A DNA stretch of 64,000 nt. It comes from Bacteriovoracaceae bacterium. GTDB lineage: Bacteria > Bdellovibrionota > Bacteriovoracia > Bacteriovoracales > Bacteriovoracaceae. Of the stretch, positions 57,692-64,000 are shown in pieces (within the stretch, counting starts at the first letter, position 1; each line of letters begins with the position of its first letter). The position numbers were made by a program, and so were the translations under genes. The stretch lies in NCBI GenBank assembly GCA_048270185.1, contig JBLWTJ010000001.1, forward strand, positions 736,001 through 800,000, in the 5' to 3' direction. Under the pieces are notes generated by a model, which worked only from the letters and a program-made list of their open reading frames with translations, was not told the origin of the DNA and searched no databases.

Positions 57692-58270
57692 ATGAAGAGA
57701 TTAATTATACCAATGGCCATAATATTCTTTCTTACTTCTTGTACCCCACAACCCAAAGAGCAACGACTTGCTCAGCTCACTCGTAGTTTTTATGAAATTC
57801 CAGATTTTTTTAAAGTTGAAGTTATTGGAATTGATATTGCAAATGAGGTTCTCGACAAAGATTATAATTGTTTTGAATACGCACTTGATATTAATCTGCG
57901 AGCAAAAGAGGATCTCCTTACGCTTAGGCCAGAGAAGCCCTTTGGAAAGTATAGGATTAGGACAACTCGCGGAGAGGAATTTATTCCAATAACAAATACT
58001 AAAGTGAAACTAGAAGAAGAAATAAGGTATTATGAAGAGCAAATCGATCAAGTGGCACTAATAAAGCAGTGTATAAGAATGCGGGGTAAACGTTGTTTAA
58101 AGTATCGCCGAATCAAAGCATCTAGAAATCATAAAGAAAAGATTATTGGACGAAAGATTGCCACAACTAAAAAGTTCTTCCCGCATCCAATAAATAAACA
58201 TCAGAATACAATTATTGAGAAATTACCCATTATTGTTTGCCAAAACAAGCTTACGAAGAGATGGAATTAG
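57692..58270 (+). CDS. Hypothetical basic lipoprotein
   Basis: Lipobox LTSC; K/R-rich. Confidence 0.65.
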   Translation: MKRLIIPMAIIFFLTSCTPQPKEQRLAQLTRSFYEIPDFFKVEVIGIDIANEVLDKDYNCFEYALDINLRAKEDLLTLRPEKPFGKYRIRTTRGEEFIPITNTKVKLEEEIRYYEEQIDQVALIKQCIRMRGKRCLKYRRIKASRNHKEKIIGRKIATTKKFFPHPINKHQNTIIEKLPIIVCQNKLTKRWN

Positions 58271-59895
58271 ATTGTGTCAGTTAATAAGAGATAAACATCT
58301 CTCACATTTGCTCTAACGACTGAAATGGAAGTCATCATATCTGAAAAATAAATATGCTTTCTTCCATCTTCATGGTGGTGAACCTTAGCAAAGTCTTCTC
58401 TTTGCTGCATAAGGGATCTTTTAAGTTCTCGAGAGTATTTAACGACTTCATCAATATCTTCTTGAGCAGCTTTCTTACCATTATAAATGGCCAAGCTTTC
58501 GTCAAAGAGCTTACTCACTTCATCATAGAAAGATAAAAGATTATGAGTCTCGTCTGTTGAAAGCTCCCAATTCTCATAATACTTAGTGAGCATTGTTGTA
58601 AGCTTATCGAGGCTATCAGCAAGTTGTTCAAGGTCTGAAGCAATACGCATTAATTTTATGGCACTACGACTCTCCTCTTCTTCAACTCCGCTTGCGATGA
58701 CTTTTGATATAAAGTCATTTATTTCATCTTGAATATTATCAATAATTTTCTCATAATCTTTGATCTTAGCAAGTGATCGTGCACCTTTAGTCGGGCTTTC
58801 AACATATTCACGACACTTAAGAAACATTCTGGCCACAATATCCATTAACTTACCAACTTCAAGCTCCACTAAGACATAGGCCATGGAAGAAGAAATATGG
58901 CGTCGATTTCCTAAAAATTTTAGCTTAGGACGATCCTTAAAGTGACCATCTGGAAAAATTCCTTCAACCATCTCAGAGATAATACTATTGAAGAAATAAT
59001 AATTTAAAATTGATAAGATCGTAATAAATAGAAAGCCAATAAATATTAAGGCAAGAGGACCTAAATCTGTTTGGGTATTATGATTAATCACGACAACTAG
59101 TAGAAAGCCTACAATTGTTGCAACTAAGAAATTAACAAGAGGTGAAACAATCAGTCTAATCGCAAGCGGTCTTGCAACTTTTCTTGTTGTATTAAAATTA
59201 ATAAAGAATGAAGTTAGAGCTGAAGAAGTAACGATTGCAAAACAAGTACTTGTTGGAAAAACACGACTTATTAATAAAACGACAGCAATGGCCAAAGTCA
59301 TGGTTTGACTACGTAAAATAATACCAATGACAAAACCAGCAACAAGGCCAATGAATAGATTCATCACAAGAGAATAATCAGCAAGTGATAACACAATATC
59401 TTGGACTGTATTCCATGTTAATAGAACGATAAAGCTCTCATGCATTACTGAAACACCAAGAAATAAAAATGCTAGCCCAAAGAGTAACTTGGAAAGCTTG
59501 CGCCCAATTTGTTGAGGAATAAGTAAACCAATAATAAGAGCTATGGCCATAAGATAAAGGGCCGTCTCTTGTTTAGAAAAAATAAGTATCATGAAAATGG
59601 CCAAGGCACTTAGGCATGATCCAAATAACATTGGGATAACTCTTTCCTTCTTAATAAGGTTAGCATTAACTAATCCAATCGTTACCATATTTGCCATCGA
59701 AGGAGAAAAAGCTAAAAGCCCGAGACGAGCACCATTTAAGAAGTTAAAAAAGAAATTATCACCATCAAGGTCGGAAATAATGCGCTTTATTCCAGCAGAG
59801 CCTAAACTCTGAATTCCGGCAGAGATAACTCGTTGGCCGTAGTAGAAAATTGCAAGACCGGAGATAAAGAATAGAATATTTTGTATATAGTACAT
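58267..59895 (-). CDS. Na/Pi cotransporter-like protein with PhoU-like C-terminal domain
   Basis: Multiple TM helices with IGLVNANLI; helical C-terminal domain EKIIDNIQDEI...SDLEQLAD. Confidence 0.75.
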   Translation of the reverse strand: MYYIQNILFFISGLAIFYYGQRVISAGIQSLGSAGIKRIISDLDGDNFFFNFLNGARLGLLAFSPSMANMVTIGLVNANLIKKERVIPMLFGSCLSALAIFMILIFSKQETALYLMAIALIIGLLIPQQIGRKLSKLLFGLAFLFLGVSVMHESFIVLLTWNTVQDIVLSLADYSLVMNLFIGLVAGFVIGIILRSQTMTLAIAVVLLISRVFPTSTCFAIVTSSALTSFFINFNTTRKVARPLAIRLIVSPLVNFLVATIVGFLLVVVINHNTQTDLGPLALIFIGFLFITILSILNYYFFNSIISEMVEGIFPDGHFKDRPKLKFLGNRRHISSSMAYVLVELEVGKLMDIVARMFLKCREYVESPTKGARSLAKIKDYEKIIDNIQDEINDFISKVIASGVEEEESRSAIKLMRIASDLEQLADSLDKLTTMLTKYYENWELSTDETHNLLSFYDEVSKLFDESLAIYNGKKAAQEDIDEVVKYSRELKRSLMQQREDFAKVHHHEDGRKHIYFSDMMTSISVVRANVRDVYLLLTDTI

Positions 59896-59927
59896 AAATT
59901 AAAATTAGTGACTTGCCTCATATAAAA

Positions 59928-60254
59928 TTAAGAAGTCGCCTTGGCCAACCAAATAGGAATTATTATGTACAGTATTGTATCTCGAATTAAATAAAATAGG
60001 AAAAAATAAATAAAAGCTTTTGGGCCCTTATTCCACAGTCCTTCGATACCTAAGTATTGAATTTTCTTAGACATTGCCACCATAAACTTAGTCTTACCAT
60101 AGTGGGTAATAAAGAAAGTTATGGCCCCATCAACCTTGCGATCAAAGGCAAGAAATGGAACTTTAACACGATCGAAGACACGACCCATCCAAGCCTTAAA
60201 AGCGGATTGCTTCTTCTTATCTAGGTCATTTGCATTTTTACTTATAGCACTCAT
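59928..60254 (-). CDS. Small hypothetical membrane protein
   Basis: C-terminal hydrophobic FFLFYLIRDTILYIIIP; GAGG SD. Confidence 0.7.
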   Translation of the reverse strand: MSAISKNANDLDKKKQSAFKAWMGRVFDRVKVPFLAFDRKVDGAITFFITHYGKTKFMVAMSKKIQYLGIEGLWNKGPKAFIYFFLFYLIRDTILYIIIPIWLAKATS

Positions 60255-60531
60255 GATACCTCAAATTAGCAGAGTTTTACGTCGGTGAAAAGGATTTTAG
60301 ACATCAATAGTAATCTTTAATGACTCCATAAACTTACTCTATTGGATACTATCTTAGATATGTAAGATAGTAATATTGTAAAGAAGATGTTGACTAATAT
60401 GTTTTGAAAAGACAAATTAGCAAAATATCAGACAACAATAATATGATCTACATTTCCGTGACACTTTACGGTTTCAATTTCGGTAACCTAGGGAAAATGG
60501 AAAGAGAACGACACAGCGCAAGGACGATTTT

Positions 60532-61428
60532 TTGTTAGAAAAAATACACCTTTTAAATATTCAAACTAAGAGTGAAGACATTCCAACTCACCTACTAAAT
60601 ATGCCAGGGGCATTTGTTTTAATTACATGCCAGCGCACAATTATTCTTACAACTTCAGAGTTTTCTGAATCAGATAGAGCACTAGGAAAATACTATTTTG
60701 GAAAGAGTGCATACCACTTTCTAATGGAAACAATCTGCGGTCTACAAAGTAAGCTAAAAGGTGAAAGTGAGATCGTTGCTCAATTTAAAGAAGCATTTTC
60801 AAACTACCTTAAAGAAGATATTCGCTCGTCATTAATTCTTAGAGTATTAGAAAAATTATTCAAAGATGCTAAAGAAGTACGTAAGGAACACCTTATAAAA
60901 ATTGGTCAACAATCTTATGCCGGTATTACAAGAAGAATCATCCAGTCAAAGTATGATTCTGGTGATGTTTTAATCCTTGGTTCAGGTCAATTAGCACGTG
61001 ACTCAATTAAGCACCTTATGAAGAAGTACAATATCTACATTAGTGCGAGAAACCCAGAAAAAGTACAAGAAATTATTAATGATTTCCCAAACGTCGACAT
61101 TAAAACTGTTTCTTGGAAAGATTATAAAGAATATTTCAAATTTGATACATACGTTAATACAATCGGTTGCTCAGGTAAAATTTTTGCTGAAGAATTCTTC
61201 ACTGGCCACTGCCCAAATAACTCAATCTTTGTTGATCTTGGCTCCCCTTCTGCAATTCAGACGGCCTACGATAAGAAACAAGGTGTTTACCGTTTAGGTG
61301 ATATCTTAAATCATGGCAGTATGCTTGAAGAAGAGAAAGTTGAAAAAATCGACCAAGCAAAGCTTGCCATTGAAAGCCTCGTTGAAAAGCGTGCCAAGCA
61401 CTTAGCAACAGTTCGCGCAAGCTACTAA
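60532..61428 (+). CDS. hemA: Glutamyl-tRNA reductase, short form
   Basis: TCQR catalytic Cys motif, GLQSKLKGESEIVAQFK, AKEVR, LGSGQLA, DLGSP. Confidence 0.8.
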   Translation: MLEKIHLLNIQTKSEDIPTHLLNMPGAFVLITCQRTIILTTSEFSESDRALGKYYFGKSAYHFLMETICGLQSKLKGESEIVAQFKEAFSNYLKEDIRSSLILRVLEKLFKDAKEVRKEHLIKIGQQSYAGITRRIIQSKYDSGDVLILGSGQLARDSIKHLMKKYNIYISARNPEKVQEIINDFPNVDIKTVSWKDYKEYFKFDTYVNTIGCSGKIFAEEFFTGHCPNNSIFVDLGSPSAIQTAYDKKQGVYRLGDILNHGSMLEEEKVEKIDQAKLAIESLVEKRAKHLATVRASY

Positions 61429-61512
61429 GGCCAGTCTTAAACTTAAATTAACTCAACTAAAAAATTAATCAAGTCGAATTAGCTCCTACAAGAATAAATT
61501 GTAGGAGATATA

Positions 61513-63162
61513 ATGGAACTTAATGGTAGTACAACAGGTATTGGCCACCTTCCTTCAAGTACATTGAAGTGGATCAGACAGAATGCGCAAGTATTCAATA
61601 AAGAATTTATTTCTCTAAGAATGTTACTCGCACTAAGTTTTGTTATAAATATAACATCACTCGCACTTCCCATCGTTCTCATGCAGGTTTATGATCGTAT
61701 TATACCTAATCACAGCGTGGGTACCGCATTTGTTTTACTAGCAGGACTAGCTGTCTTTATTTTATTTGAAACAGGCCTTAAGTATTTACGCTACTATATT
61801 ATAACTTTTGCAGGTGCCAGATATGAAAATAGTCAATCAAATGAATTAATTCGAAAAACTGTTACGGACTCAGAATTCTACAATGCAGGAGTATTCCAGT
61901 ATTCGCTAAAAGAAATTCAAAAAAACAAGGCGTTCTTTGCAGGGCAAGGAATTATCACTTTAACAGAACTTCCTTTCTTGTTTCTCTATCTTGGGTTTCT
62001 TTTCTATCTAAACCCATTAATGGCATTGGTCCCTATCGTAACACTATCTTTGTATTTGATTGTTTCATTTTACTCATTAAAAAGAATGTCTCGCATTATT
62101 CAATTAAAACACGTCTCAGAAATAGAGCAAAGTAATCTTCTTTTTAAGGTACTTGATAATTTATCTATTATTAGAAAGTTTGGAAGAATCAATCTCTTTA
62201 ATCATCAATTTAAAAAAGGACAAGCAAATTTAGCAGATAAGAATTATCACTTAAGTCGTTATGAACACTTTCAAGCAAATCTAAGTCAGTTGGCATCACA
62301 AGTGACATCGGTGGTAATTTTGGCCATTGGCGCCTACTTAGTAACACATGGAATGATGGGAATCGGAGCACTGGCCGCATCTATTATTTTGGCCAATCGA
62401 TGTGTTGCCCCAACAGGTAAAATATTTCAGGCATTAAAAAAAGTTCATGAAGTAAAAGTCATGTCAGATATTATCATACATCCAAAAAGTGCAGTTGAAT
62501 TTGAAGGAAAAAGAAAGATAGATAAGATCTTTTCAATTATTGTACCAATCTATATCGAAGGAAGAAGATATGAAATTCCTTTTATGAAGGGCGACACTGT
62601 TTCACTTGAAAATCAGGATGAAGATACAAAAGAATTTCTCTACCCACCAAATTTAAAAGCTATTACAAATAAGATCTACGTCAATGACTTCAACCTTGTA
62701 GAAGTTGATGAATTAAGTATCTATAAGAAAATTGCAGTTATCAATGCAAGGCCTAGTATTTGGAATGGAACAGTAAGGGATAATGTATCGTCATTTGGCC
62801 TAGTTCAAGATGAAAAGCTACAGGAGTATGTTAATTTATTAGGCCTTGGAAGAATCATCAGAAAACTTCCAGATGGGATGGAAACCTATCTCACCTCAGA
62901 AAATAACGACAATATATCTCAAGAGGTTAAAACGTTAATTTATATCACACGTAAACTTGCACTCGATCCAGAAGTTATCATTCTAAATGAATTCGAAGCG
63001 GGAGTGGATAGAGAAAGCTATACAAAAATATTTGAATATATCGCAAGTATCAGAGAGAACAAGATCATCTTAATTAACACCAAAGATAAAAATTTACTAA
63101 AACTATGCAATAGAGACCTACTTAATAACCGAATTGGAGAAATTGATAACTATTTATCTTAG
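61513..63162 (+). CDS. Type I secretion ABC transporter subunit with a degenerate ATPase domain
   Basis: SFVINITSLALPIVLMQVYDRIIP TM domain; Walker A, signature and Walker B all substituted. Confidence 0.8.
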   Translation: MELNGSTTGIGHLPSSTLKWIRQNAQVFNKEFISLRMLLALSFVINITSLALPIVLMQVYDRIIPNHSVGTAFVLLAGLAVFILFETGLKYLRYYIITFAGARYENSQSNELIRKTVTDSEFYNAGVFQYSLKEIQKNKAFFAGQGIITLTELPFLFLYLGFLFYLNPLMALVPIVTLSLYLIVSFYSLKRMSRIIQLKHVSEIEQSNLLFKVLDNLSIIRKFGRINLFNHQFKKGQANLADKNYHLSRYEHFQANLSQLASQVTSVVILAIGAYLVTHGMMGIGALAASIILANRCVAPTGKIFQALKKVHEVKVMSDIIIHPKSAVEFEGKRKIDKIFSIIVPIYIEGRRYEIPFMKGDTVSLENQDEDTKEFLYPPNLKAITNKIYVNDFNLVEVDELSIYKKIAVINARPSIWNGTVRDNVSSFGLVQDEKLQEYVNLLGLGRIIRKLPDGMETYLTSENNDNISQEVKTLIYITRKLALDPEVIILNEFEAGVDRESYTKIFEYIASIRENKIILINTKDKNLLKLCNRDLLNNRIGEIDNYLS

Positions 63163-63170
63163 GAAGAGCT

Positions 63171-64000
63171 ATGGCCAATTTAAAAAGATTATTCCGTGAT
63201 TTAATGGAATTGAAATTTGAAAATGAGAATAAAGAAGAGATAAATGAAATTCTCTTGTCGTATGAAAGTATGAATGAGGTAGACCTTCTAAATGCCATGG
63301 TATCATTAGGAATCCAAGGAAATTCTTTAAAGATCAAATTAAATAATATTGAAACAGATACATTACCATGTCTAGTGGTCTCAGATATCAATCACGCCGA
63401 TTTTTGTAAGAAAGGCGAACATCTGATCTATCATTATGATCAAGAAAACAACGAGAAGTATCTACAAAATTCACAAGGGAAGAAAAGGCTTGTGAGCGAG
63501 GGTAAATTTCAAATCCAATATGCACTGCTACTTAAAGCTCTAACAAATATTGATTATGAAAATGAGAAAATATTTACAAATACAAGTGTTAATTTTTCGA
63601 CATGGACTAAAACAATTATAACAAGATTCAACAAAAGTCTTCGTCTCGTTTATTTACTTTCATTCATTAATGTCTTCACCACTTTAGCACTTCCTCTCTA
63701 TGTCATGTTCATCTACGATAAAATCGTCGGATCTAAAGATTTAATGACACTTATTCCAGCGACAACAGGAATATTACTTCTCTTGCTATTTGACTTCAGC
63801 TCACGAAATATAAGATCGAATATAATTTCATGGTGCGCCCAAAGATTGGACTACTTATTTGAGAATGCTATTTTACAAAAAATAGCAAATATGTCAGATC
63901 ATCAAAGAGAAGTAGAAAAACTAGACTTCCAAATTAATCGATTTGAAGGGATTAGAAATGCAGTTAGCTTCTTTTCTTCCCCTGCTGCGACTCTCCTACT
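63171..64000 (+). CDS. Type I secretion ABC transporter with an N-terminal C39-like domain; runs off the window
   Basis: Manual translation from ATG 63171 (AGGAAG SD): MANLKRLF...TLPCL...INVFTTLALPLYVMFIYDKIV. Confidence 0.8.
   Translation, partial: MANLKRLFRDLMELKFENENKEEINEILLSYESMNEVDLLNAMVSLGIQGNSLKIKLNNIETDTLPCLVVSDINHADFCKKGEHLIYHYDQENNEKYLQNSQGKKRLVSEGKFQIQYALLLKALTNIDYENEKIFTNTSVNFSTWTKTIITRFNKSLRLVYLLSFINVFTTLALPLYVMFIYDKIVGSKDLMTLIPATTGILLLLLFDFSSRNIRSNIISWCAQRLDYLFENAILQKIANMSDHQREVEKLDFQINRFEGIRNAVSFFSSPAATLL

Noticed and set aside
1..64000. tRNA, rRNA, integrase, transposase, prophage or defence system
   Set aside because: None recognised by eye; tRNAscan, Infernal and DefenseFinder were not run, so small or divergent cases could be missed

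Overview
AT-rich bacterial chromosomal window, probably from a predatory Bdellovibrionota of the Bacteriovorax/Halobacteriovorax type. That placement is inferred from the short 277-aa flagellin, CarD, a GYF_2 protein and many orphan secreted or Cys-rich proteins; it is not proven. Left to right: (1) an aromatic amino acid catabolism region: fused indolepyruvate:ferredoxin oxidoreductase, hppD and a compact paa-like operon with a single PaaA-type diiron subunit, an EthD protein and a stand-alone aldehyde dehydrogenase; (2) a flagellin gene back-to-back with a sigma28-driven pseudo-receiver/42-aa-repeat protein and a degenerate HD-GYP protein; (3) housekeeping genes uvrB, carD, ndk, sucCD, hutG; (4) a SleB-like wall hydrolase with a coupled small secreted partner; (5) a persulfide-handling cluster with a Crp/Fnr regulator and an NsrR-hmp module; (6) a repeat-rich intergenic region containing a candidate sigma54-dependent ~90-nt sRNA with a GU-rich 5' seed; (7) ffh, dusB, a run of orphan secreted proteins including a 1671-aa Cys-rich lipoprotein with a lectin-like segment, an EEP nuclease, an S8 protease, a Na/Pi-like transporter, a short HemA and the start of a type I secretion ABC pair. 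No rRNA, tRNA, CRISPR array or transposase was seen. Best novelty candidates: the IOR-fed 'solo PaaA' pathway and the sigma54 sRNA with CA-rich leader targets. All calls are by eye from motifs; no searches were run.
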